IMG/VR virus record: IMGVR_UViG_3300030097_000310
Coordinates: 2,760 to 66,759 of that record
Direction: 5' to 3' (one strand)
DNA: 64,000 bases
Source of the DNA: a virus
Lineage: Duplodnaviria; Caudoviricetes
This document shows, one piece after another, positions 54,287 through 62,216 of this stretch. Below the pieces are notes generated by a model, which saw only the letters and a list, made by a program, of their open reading frames with translations, ran no database searches and was not told the origin of the DNA. The position numbers and the translations under genes were made by a program. The first letter of the stretch is position 1, and each line of letters starts with the position of its first letter.

Positions 54287-55821
54287 CCGACAAGATTTTT
54301 CTCGATGGCAAAGTAACGCTAAAGGGAGGTGATTGCCTTGAAGTTCTAAAGTCGATTCCAGACTGCTCGATTGATTCGTGTGTTACGGATCCGCCTTATC
54401 ATCTAACGAGTATCGTCAAGAGGTTTGGCAGCGCGAATGCAGCACCCGCGAAATTCGGCACAGACGGCGCATATGCTCGCGCCTCCAAGGGTTTCATGTC
54501 AAAGACATGGGATGGGGGTGACCTAGCCTTTCGCGTTGAGTTGTGGTCGGAAGTTTGGCGCGTGCTAAAGCCAGGCGGGTGGCTCGCGGCATTCTCGGCA
54601 ACGCGAACCTACCATCGCATGGCGTGTGCGATCGAGGACTCCGGCTTCGAAATCCGCGACGACATTCTAAACATGGTGGCGACCGACAGCGTCGCGTCGA
54701 AGTTCATTGAGTCGCTCAATAATGCGCAGGCCGAGGCGTTCTTTAAGCTGATGGAGGAATCGCAATTTGGCGGAATGGCAGCTTGGACCTATGGATCCGG
54801 ATTTCCCAAATCGCATGATGTGAGTAAGGCGATTGATAAGAAGCTTGGTGCTGAGCGCCACAAGATAAAGACGCCAATGGGACCAACTGGAAACAAATAC
54901 AAGAAAGGTCTTGGTGACGATCGGCCTTGGATGCAGGAGGCAGCAGAGAAGGGTTACCACGAACACGACTCTAAAGATCCAGCAACCGAAGCCGCCCGCG
55001 AATGGCAAGGATGGGGAACGGCGCTGAAACCGAGCTGGGAGCCAATCTGCCTTGCGCGCAAGCCGCTTATAGGAACAGTCGCAGAAAACGTGCTCGAGCA
55101 CGGCACTGGCGCGCTTAATATCGACGGGTGTCGGGTTGGTACGGAAGAGCGCCACAATCCAAGCGCAGGCAACAAAGACCTAGATTGCCGAACAACTGTA
55201 ACGCCTATCAGCAGTCATGGTGAAACCGCAGGCCGCGAAACTACCGGAAGATGGCCAGCCAACATCGTGCACGACGGCAGTGACGAGGTTGTTGGTGCTT
55301 TTCCTGATAGCAAGGCAGGAGTCAACGGCGCAGCGCGCGGTACTGGCGGCATATGGTCTGGCATAAGCAACGCACCATGTGGACCGCAGTATGGCGATTC
55401 CGGCTCCGCAGCACGCTTCTTCTACACGGCAAAGGCTGACAAGCTTGACCGCATCGGGTCGAAGCACCCGACCGTAAAGCCCGTCGATTTGATGCAGTGG
55501 CTTGTGCGACTGGTTACGCCAAAGGGCGGTCTAACGCTGGATCCGTTCGCGGGTAGCGGTAGCACAGGTGAAGCCGCTTGGCGAGAAGGCATGCGGTGCG
55601 TACTGATCGAGCGCGAGGAAGAGTACCAAGCAGACATTGCCGAGCGCATGAAGTTAGCAAACGCTGGACCGGCAACACGCAAGGCGCGCGCGATCAAGCA
55701 GGTGGCGAATGACAATCTTCCGCTGTTTGGTGGAGTCGATATGGGGGGGCAACGGGGTGAAGGACGCAAAATCTACGGACACTTTGCGGACCAAAACGGA
55801 CGGCGGCATAATGGCGGGTAA
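54283..55821 (+). CDS. Amino (N6A/N4C) DNA methyltransferase, beta-class order
   Basis: TDPPY, LKPGG, HPTVKP, DPFAGSGSTG. Confidence 0.93.
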   Translation: MTDKIFLDGKVTLKGGDCLEVLKSIPDCSIDSCVTDPPYHLTSIVKRFGSANAAPAKFGTDGAYARASKGFMSKTWDGGDLAFRVELWSEVWRVLKPGGWLAAFSATRTYHRMACAIEDSGFEIRDDILNMVATDSVASKFIESLNNAQAEAFFKLMEESQFGGMAAWTYGSGFPKSHDVSKAIDKKLGAERHKIKTPMGPTGNKYKKGLGDDRPWMQEAAEKGYHEHDSKDPATEAAREWQGWGTALKPSWEPICLARKPLIGTVAENVLEHGTGALNIDGCRVGTEERHNPSAGNKDLDCRTTVTPISSHGETAGRETTGRWPANIVHDGSDEVVGAFPDSKAGVNGAARGTGGIWSGISNAPCGPQYGDSGSAARFFYTAKADKLDRIGSKHPTVKPVDLMQWLVRLVTPKGGLTLDPFAGSGSTGEAAWREGMRCVLIEREEEYQADIAERMKLANAGPATRKARAIKQVANDNLPLFGGVDMGGQRGEGRKIYGHFADQNGRRHNGG

Positions 55822-55859
55822 GGGCGGCTTTGGTTTCCGTATACGGGAGATGCAAGAGC

Positions 55860-56534
55860 GTGACAGATAGAATACTTTGGTCTGTCGAAACGATGTTCGG
55901 CCCGTGGCACGTAACGAGAATACAGGCAAAAGCGGCAGGGGCTAGGTACTTCTATACTGGCAATCCATGCAAACACGGACACACGTCTTTGCGAAATTGC
56001 GGTGGACATTGCACGATATGCAAGCAAGACGAGGGGAGGCAAAGGAATTCAGATCCAGTCTTGCGTGCACGTAAGACTAAATTAGAGCGAATATCAAGAA
56101 ATATCCCTGAAAACAGAGCGGCGCTTCGTGAGCGACAAAGATTAGCCATTGCCAGAAAAAGGGCTAGCGATCCTGCTTTCGCAGAGATGGAACGAGAAAG
56201 ATCAAGAGAATACATAAAGGGTCGCAGGGTAAACGATCCTGAATTTAGGCAGGCATGTATAACACGCGCAGCTAATAGGGCCGCTAAAAAGAGAAATGCA
56301 GAAGGCTTTTATACTCCACAGGATATCGAAAGAATCAATGCAAGGCAGAATTACAAATGCGTTGAATGTGGATGGTCCACAAAATACGAACGTCATGTAG
56401 ATCATATCATGCCGTTAGCTCTTGGTGGGTCTAATTGGCCGTCAAACCTCCAAGTGCTTTGTCCGATTTGCAATTTGAAGAAAGGCGCAAAGCACCCAAT
56501 TGATTTCGCATTACAGCGGGGGAGACTCGTATGA
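55860..56534 (+). CDS. HNH endonuclease (AT-richer)
   Basis: YFYTGNPCKHGH..C..C; CVEC..HVDHIMPLALGGSNWPSNLQVLCPICN. Confidence 0.88.
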   Translation: MTDRILWSVETMFGPWHVTRIQAKAAGARYFYTGNPCKHGHTSLRNCGGHCTICKQDEGRQRNSDPVLRARKTKLERISRNIPENRAALRERQRLAIARKRASDPAFAEMERERSREYIKGRRVNDPEFRQACITRAANRAAKKRNAEGFYTPQDIERINARQNYKCVECGWSTKYERHVDHIMPLALGGSNWPSNLQVLCPICNLKKGAKHPIDFALQRGRLV

Positions 56535-56851
56535 GTGAACATGACCCATCTTCTTGTCATGTCTGTGGACGTAGGGCGATCGGCGTAAGCGCGCACGACA
56601 ACCCGCCGCGGTGGTTATGCCGTGAATGCGTCGACATCATCGAGCACATACGCAGCGTCAAGCGTCTTGATGCTTACGAGCTAAAAGCGCGTGCCGGCGG
56701 GATGGAAGCGGCCGGCGCTGTTATCGAGCGGTACGGCACGGACCTAGGCGCTTACGAGGAAAGCCAAGCGCTCGAGTTATGCGGCGCCATTTGGCGCGGC
56801 TGCGCCGATGAACTCCGGAGGATTATTGTCGATGACCAAGCGCCTTTCTGA
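56531..56851 (+). CDS. Hypothetical zinc-binding protein
   Basis: CHVCG..CREC; ends DDQAPF. Confidence 0.65.
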   Translation: MSEHDPSSCHVCGRRAIGVSAHDNPPRWLCRECVDIIEHIRSVKRLDAYELKARAGGMEAAGAVIERYGTDLGAYEESQALELCGAIWRGCADELRRIIVDDQAPF

Positions 56852-57890
56852 TAACGATAATGCGCCGGTTGTTTCTGGCCGCAACAACAAGGCACACGCC
56901 TATTACAACGAAATAGACCCGCAAGCAGCAGCGTGGCTGCGCGAGCTAATCAAACAGGGCCACGTGGCGCCGGGAGATGTAGATGAGCGTTCAATTGTCG
57001 ATGTTCGACCCGCCGACCTTGCCGGGTACACCCAATGCCACTTCTTCGCAGGAATCGGAGTCTGGAGCTACGCCTTGCGCAAAGCAGGGTGGCCGGACGA
57101 CCGCGCCGTCTGGACCGGATCCTGCCCATGCCAGCCTTTCAGCAGCGCAGGCAAAGGAAATGGGTTTGATGATGAGCGGCACCTATGGCCGGCGTGGTTT
57201 TGGCTTATCCAGCAGTGCCGACCTTCAGACATCATTGGAGAGCAGGTTGCGAGCAAGGACGCAAATCCTTGGGTCGACCTTGTACAAGATGACCTGGAAG
57301 GAATGGATTACGCCTTCGGGGCGGTCCCGTTCCCGTCTGCGGGCGTCGGCGCTCCGCACATCCGCGACAGGCTCTACTGGACGGCAAGGTTGGCCGACGA
57401 CACGACAAGCGGACGGCGAGAAGAACGTGAGGACGGAAGAGGGCGCGCTATCGGAGATAGCGCGCAAGGGATCGCCACAGGACTTGATACAAGCGGCGCA
57501 GATTGCAGGCTGGCCCAGTCCGACAAAATCCAATGGGGATGGCGGTCAAAGACTGCCGAAGGGGTCAACGATAACAGGACGGAGACCGAATGGAACGAAG
57601 GCAACAGTATCGCTTCCGGGAGTGGTGCAGTTCATAGACACGGACGGCCCAGCCCGACTAACGGCTTCTGGTCAAATCCTGACTGGCTCTTCTGCCGGGA
57701 TGGAAAGTGGAGGCCAGTTGAATCCGGCACATTCCCGCTGGCTCATGGGGCTTCCGCCCGCGTGGGACGACTGCGCGGTTACGGCAATGCAATCAATGCC
57801 GAAGCGGCAATCGCGTTCATCGAAGCGCGCGAAGAAGCAGTAGCGGACATCACTGCCGCAAACGACAACACCACGAAAAAGGCCGCCTAG
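56832..57890 (+). CDS. C5-cytosine DNA methyltransferase, alpha-type chain lacking motif IX
   Basis: FFAGIG (I), SCPCQPFS (IV), GEQV (VI), HIRDRLY (VIII), GYGNAI (X). Confidence 0.9.
   Translation: MTKRLSDNDNAPVVSGRNNKAHAYYNEIDPQAAAWLRELIKQGHVAPGDVDERSIVDVRPADLAGYTQCHFFAGIGVWSYALRKAGWPDDRAVWTGSCPCQPFSSAGKGNGFDDERHLWPAWFWLIQQCRPSDIIGEQVASKDANPWVDLVQDDLEGMDYAFGAVPFPSAGVGAPHIRDRLYWTARLADDTTSGRREEREDGRGRAIGDSAQGIATGLDTSGADCRLAQSDKIQWGWRSKTAEGVNDNRTETEWNEGNSIASGSGAVHRHGRPSPTNGFWSNPDWLFCRDGKWRPVESGTFPLAHGASARVGRLRGYGNAINAEAAIAFIEAREEAVADITAANDNTTKKAA
56983..57843 (+). CDS. Nested alternative-frame ORF: beta-type methyltransferase chain with motif IX
   Basis: 286 codons inside the MTase gene; GGGAGA RBS; [14 protein letters not shown]. 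Confidence 0.75.
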   Translation: MSVQLSMFDPPTLPGTPNATSSQESESGATPCAKQGGRTTAPSGPDPAHASLSAAQAKEMGLMMSGTYGRRGFGLSSSADLQTSLESRLRARTQILGSTLYKMTWKEWITPSGRSRSRLRASALRTSATGSTGRQGWPTTRQADGEKNVRTEEGALSEIARKGSPQDLIQAAQIAGWPSPTKSNGDGGQRLPKGSTITGRRPNGTKATVSLPGVVQFIDTDGPARLTASGQILTGSSAGMESGGQLNPAHSRWLMGLPPAWDDCAVTAMQSMPKRQSRSSKRAKKQ

Positions 57891-60071
57891 ATGGCGGCCA
57901 AAACAACAAAGGCCGCCGTTTTGAAACCACTTGACCTAGCCCTTTCCTACATCGCGCGCGGTTGGCCTGTGTTCCCCGTTCGAGGTCAGGAAGAATACGA
58001 CGAAATCACAGGCGAGGTTTTCCCCGTCAAGACACCGTTGGTCAGCAATGGACTTCGCGGCGCCACGCTGAATGAGCGCGTGGTTCGAGAGCTATGGAAG
58101 CGCAACCCGACCGCAATGGTCGGCATACCTACTGGCGAGCGCATTGGTGCTTTCGTCCTGGATTTGGACGTTAAGCCAGGCATTGGTGATGGCCATGATT
58201 GGCTGGCGCGCATGGAGGAAGAACACGGTCCACTGCCTAAGACCGCACGTGCTAAGACAATGGGCGGAGGCACCCATATTTTCTTCCGATATCAGAGCGG
58301 AATCCGCAACCGTGGCGGACTTGGCATAGCCACAGATATTCGGGGCCAGGGCGGCTATATCGTCTCGCCCGGTTCGCGCGCCGCGGACGGACGGACGTAC
58401 GAGTGGATTGAAGAAACCGAAATCGCCGCGGCACCTGATTGGCTCCTTAATCTTCTTCTCCCGCCTCCCGCCACACACCAACCAACCGATTACCACTACA
58501 AGCCAGGCGGCAACGAACCGTATGTTGAGCGTGCGATGCAAGGCGAACTCGATAGCCTTGCGCAATGCGCGGCCGGCAATCGCGGTTACCAGTTGAACGC
58601 CAGCGCCTTCTCGATCGGCCAACTAGTCGCGGCCGGCGCCGTCTCACGAGGCGAAGCCGAGTCCGGTTTATATGCGGCTGCGTCAGCGTGTGGCGTACTG
58701 CAGAAGGACGGCGAGCGCGAAACTTGGGCGAAGATTCGCCGCGGGCTTGATGCCGGCGCAAAGCAGCCGCGCGAGATACCAAAGCCGCAGCATGACAACG
58801 ACAACACGCGGTTGGTCGACATCAGCCGCATGATTGCCAACGGCTTGGCCAAGGCGCGCAAGGACGACGAACCGCAACCGGAAGCCGACAGCGAACCGGA
58901 CTGCGAGCAGCCCGCAGAACCAGAAGGTTTCCACGCAACACCATTCGAATGGACCGACCCTAAGACGCTGCCGCGGCGCGAATTCGCCTTCGGCACGCAT
59001 TACATCCGCAAATATGTAAGCGTGACGGTAAGCCCTGGCGGCCTAGGCAAGACGTCAAACAGCATTGCCGAGGCGTTGTCCATGACAAGCGGCAAGCAGT
59101 TCCTTGGCACGAAACCACCGCAGCGCATGCGCGTATGGCTATTCAACGCCGAGGATCCGCGCGACGAAATGGAGCGCCGCATCATGGCGGCTTGTCTGCA
59201 TTACAACCTAAAGCCAAAGGACGTCGACGGGAATTTATTCCTTGATACCGGCCGCGAACAGGAACTCGTAGTTGCGATCGACGACAGGCGTAGCGGCGTT
59301 CGCATTCAAGTGCCGATCGTCGAGGCTGTCGTCGAGCAGATCAAGCGAAACGCCATCGACGTGATGATCGTCGACCCATTTGTGTCTACGCACCAGGTCA
59401 ACGAGAACGACAACGGCGCAATCGACAAGGTCGCAAAGCTTTGGGCGCATATAGCCGACCGAACCAATTGCTCTATCGACGTTGTGCATCATCTGCGCAA
59501 GGTGTCGGACCGCGAGGCTACCGTCGAGGACGCTCGAGGTGCTGTTGCGCTTATCGGCGCGGCAAGATCTGTACGTGTGCTCAACCGCATGTCGGAGGAC
59601 CAAGCTACGCAGGCCGGCATCGCTGACACGGACCGCTACAGTTACTTCAATATCCACCAAGGGAAATCCAATCTGACGAAGATGTCCGGCGCGATGGATT
59701 GGCGCAAACTTGAAAGCGTCCCGCTAGGCAACGGGCGCGGTCTGGCAAAGCCGCAGGACCACGCCGGCGTTGTTACAGAGTGGAAGTGGCCTGATGCCGA
59801 GGACGTTATCAGCGGGCTTACGCAAGACCAAATGGCGGCTATACGCGTTGCTGTCGACAACGGAAATTACAAGATGGCGACGCAGGCCAGAGGGAATTGG
59901 GCTGGCTGCGCTGTCGCGTACGCTCTAGGTGTCGACGTGGAGGACAAGGGCGAGAAGAAGCACGCCGCATCTATCCTGCGCGCCATGATTAAGGAAGGGC
60001 ATTTGCAGGTTGTCGAGGAGCGGGATCCGGTCAGTCGGCAGGTGGCCAAGTTTGTGCGTAGCGCAGCCTAA
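57891..60071 (+). CDS. Bifunctional primase/polymerase fused to RepA-like (AAA_25) helicase
   Basis: GWPVFP, VLDLD, GGTHIFF, DIRGQGGYIV; SPGGLGKT, IVDP, VHH, RGAVAL. Confidence 0.92.
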   Translation: MAAKTTKAAVLKPLDLALSYIARGWPVFPVRGQEEYDEITGEVFPVKTPLVSNGLRGATLNERVVRELWKRNPTAMVGIPTGERIGAFVLDLDVKPGIGDGHDWLARMEEEHGPLPKTARAKTMGGGTHIFFRYQSGIRNRGGLGIATDIRGQGGYIVSPGSRAADGRTYEWIEETEIAAAPDWLLNLLLPPPATHQPTDYHYKPGGNEPYVERAMQGELDSLAQCAAGNRGYQLNASAFSIGQLVAAGAVSRGEAESGLYAAASACGVLQKDGERETWAKIRRGLDAGAKQPREIPKPQHDNDNTRLVDISRMIANGLAKARKDDEPQPEADSEPDCEQPAEPEGFHATPFEWTDPKTLPRREFAFGTHYIRKYVSVTVSPGGLGKTSNSIAEALSMTSGKQFLGTKPPQRMRVWLFNAEDPRDEMERRIMAACLHYNLKPKDVDGNLFLDTGREQELVVAIDDRRSGVRIQVPIVEAVVEQIKRNAIDVMIVDPFVSTHQVNENDNGAIDKVAKLWAHIADRTNCSIDVVHHLRKVSDREATVEDARGAVALIGAARSVRVLNRMSEDQATQAGIADTDRYSYFNIHQGKSNLTKMSGAMDWRKLESVPLGNGRGLAKPQDHAGVVTEWKWPDAEDVISGLTQDQMAAIRVAVDNGNYKMATQARGNWAGCAVAYALGVDVEDKGEKKHAASILRAMIKEGHLQVVEERDPVSRQVAKFVRSAA

Positions 60072-60259
60072 CACCAAGGCTCCATATTGTGATACAGGGC
60101 ACGGCACGCTAGCGCAGTCTGGCGCGTCGTGCCTTTCTTTTTCATGCGTAGCAGGCCGGTAGGCGTGACGCCTAGCAGCTCAGCGCAATCCTTGTCGGAG
60201 CGCGCCAAGCCTGCCGCCCTCATGGCGGCAAGCCACTCTAGGAAGGCTGTGGGGGTCAT
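60068..60259 (-). CDS. Small HTH protein
   Basis: SDKDCAELLGVTPTGLLRM. Confidence 0.7.
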   Translation of the reverse strand: MTPTAFLEWLAAMRAAGLARSDKDCAELLGVTPTGLLRMKKKGTTRQTALACRALYHNMEPWC

Positions 60260-60483
60260 GCCAGCACGTAAGTCTCTCTGATGGCTGCTGCGTGTGCCAC
60301 CAATGCCGCCGCCTTGGACGGAAGGCCATCAATGTCAGCAATGTGGTCGCTGTTAAAGATAACGAACCACTCGCCGCTAACGATATTGCTGTCGATTATG
60401 CCTCCAAGGTCGGGGTCGGCATTGGTCGCGATTCCGTCTTTGCTTGCTTCTGTCCAGCCGTTGGGGAGTTCGTGCGTCATCGT
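60256..60483 (-). CDS. Hypothetical protein (start approximate)
   Basis: MTHELPNGW after AGGAG RBS. Confidence 0.5.
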   Translation of the reverse strand, partial: TMTHELPNGWTEASKDGIATNADPDLGGIIDSNIVSGEWFVIFNSDHIADIDGLPSKAAALVAHAAAIRETYVLA

Positions 60484-60491
60484 CGTGCTCC

Positions 60492-60716
60492 TTAAGCGAT
60501 GGTGTAAACTGCGTGGAGGTTCAGGCACTTCCAGTTGCGCCCGCTAGCGATATAGATGCTGTTTCCGCTTGCCTTGAACATCTCGGCGCCCGCCTTTTCG
60601 AAGCGGCTAACCGCCTTGGCGTCGACGTTGATGCAGGAGAGTCCGCTGCGAAACTGGACCGTCTTGCCGCTGTTGATGATTTCCATGATCTTCTTGATTT
60701 TTTCTGCGCCTGTCAT
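60492..60716 (-). CDS. Hypothetical protein
   Basis: GAAAGGAAA RBS before MTGAEKIKK. Confidence 0.6.
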   Translation of the reverse strand: MTGAEKIKKIMEIINSGKTVQFRSGLSCINVDAKAVSRFEKAGAEMFKASGNSIYIASGRNWKCLNLHAVYTIA

Positions 60717-60817
60717 CGTCGTTTCCTTTCGTTTCGTTGACATACATATATCAAACAAAGTCATATCGTGCAAGCGAAATCATCAAACTAAATTTGATTT
60801 TTTATCAAGCGCCTCGC

Positions 60818-60846
60818 TTGACACAATAGGCGTAAACGCATATTAT
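60818..60846 (+). promoter_or_regulatory. Promoter with operator 60827-60842
   Basis: TTGACA-N17-TATTAT. Confidence 0.88.
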
Positions 60847-60873
60847 GTTTGTATTGAAAGAGGAGAAATCGAG

Positions 60874-61092
60874 ATGACCGCAGGAAACATTATTAGCCGC
60901 ACCTACAACGTTTACGGTGAGCGCGACTTCCTTATTAGAATGGAGGGCAACTGCCCGGTATGGAACGGCGACAAAAAGCAAGCGATGCGCATGACCAATG
61001 ATGCGGCGCATGAAACACAAGAGTTGATTTCCACTTACCGGGATTGGATGTGCCCAAACGGGATTGAAGGCGTTGAAATAGTAACCGCTTGA
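60874..61092 (+). CDS. Hypothetical monocistronic protein
   Basis: GAGGAG RBS; own promoter and terminator. Confidence 0.65.
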   Translation: MTAGNIISRTYNVYGERDFLIRMEGNCPVWNGDKKQAMRMTNDAAHETQELISTYRDWMCPNGIEGVEIVTA

Positions 61093-61101
61093 ACACCTCG
61101 C

Positions 61102-61135
61102 AAAGGCGCTTGCGGTCTAACCGCAGGCGCTTTTA
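61102..61135 (+). terminator. Rho-independent terminator
   Basis: GCGCTTGCGG/CCGCAGGCGC stem with TTTT. Confidence 0.75.
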
Positions 61136-61410
61136 ATACAACCTACAGCAACTCAAAAATACAACCATAGGTAACGCTAAGTTCTCCGCTAAGTGCGAAC
61201 TTCTATGGGGTCGAGAAGTTGCAAGTTCTCCGCTAAGTGCGAGGTTCTCGAAGCGTTAGAAGTTGCAAGAAGTACCTCCTAGGGTATTCTTGCACTACTT
61301 CTTAGCGGTAAAAAATGCAGAGTGAGAAGTTAGCAGAAGTTCGCACGCGCCGTTGGTTCAGAAGTTCGCAAAGTTAGCACTGCGGCGCGCAACAAAAATA
61401 CAACCTACAA
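61135..61410. repeat. Iteron-like repeat cluster, putative replication origin
   Basis: 20-bp direct repeat at 61179 and 61223; several AGAAGTT(C/A/-)GCA copies; central hairpin. Confidence 0.6.
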
Positions 61411-61572
61411 CCTGAATGGCGATATGATGGACGCACGACTGTTTGGAAAACTGGTAGCACGGCACGGCCCATGCACCGCTATAGCGGTGTTCGTTTCTTG
61501 CGCAATACGGGAAGCCATCGACGAAGAGGGATGCGGCGCTGTATTCGGTGCTGCGTTCGCGCTGGAGGATAA

Positions 61573-62088
61573 ATGACCACCACCCGCCAAACAAGACAAA
61601 CCGTCCGCATCAACGGCAAGCGCACCGTGCTTACCACGCGCAACGGCAAGGTCACAGCCAAGGCGGCCGACCCGCTCGAGTGGGAGTTACAGGCCGCGCA
61701 GGTAAGGCGCCTGCGCGGCATGCCCGAGTACGGCACGCAGTTCCTGCTTGCCGGCGACCAGAACAGCGCCAAGCGCGGACCGACAGCGCAAGCGCAAGCC
61801 GTAGCGGCCGGCATGACGGCAGGCGAGGCGGATCTGCGCATCTATCTCCGCGGCGGCCAGGTTAGGCACATTGAAAACAAGGTCGGTAACGGAAGGCTGC
61901 AGCCGGTACAGGTAAAGCGGCACGGCGAGCTCGAGAAGCTTGGGCATACCGTCGTTGTGCTGCGCGCTGTTTCCGAACAGGAGGCGGCCGACAAGGCTGA
62001 GGCGTGCGTAAGGGAGTGGCTTACCGAGCCTGTGGCGGCTGATAATGATAACGCGGCCGCCTTCGCTGATGACCACAAATTACAGTAG
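61573..62088 (+). CDS. VRR-NUC-like endonuclease
   Basis: EWELQ, GMTAGEADL, ENKVGNGRLQPVQ..H..L..LG. Confidence 0.75.
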   Translation: MTTTRQTRQTVRINGKRTVLTTRNGKVTAKAADPLEWELQAAQVRRLRGMPEYGTQFLLAGDQNSAKRGPTAQAQAVAAGMTAGEADLRIYLRGGQVRHIENKVGNGRLQPVQVKRHGELEKLGHTVVVLRAVSEQEAADKAEACVREWLTEPVAADNDNAAAFADDHKLQ

Positions 62089-62127
62089 CTACTGCAACGC
62101 GCTTCAAGTCGTGGTTACGCTTGCGTC

Positions 62128-62156
62128 TTGACATAATAGGCGAAAACGCATACATT
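62128..62156 (+). promoter_or_regulatory. Promoter with operator 62137-62152
   Basis: TTGACA-N17-TACATT. Confidence 0.85.
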
Positions 62157-62216
62157 TCTACTAGATATAGCGCAGCACGATTCCATAACCACAACATATA
62201 GCATTAGGATTTACGC

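Noticed and set aside
1940-59420. NDN in capsid (MNDN), tail fibre (GNDN) and AAA_25 domain (ENDN)
   Set aside because: Wrong preceding residue or a family-conserved core motif; treated as background and not counted among the tag mimics
61179-61380. Mini CRISPR array
   Set aside because: Only two copies of the 20-mer, irregular spacing, mixed orientations, no cas operon; fits iterons better
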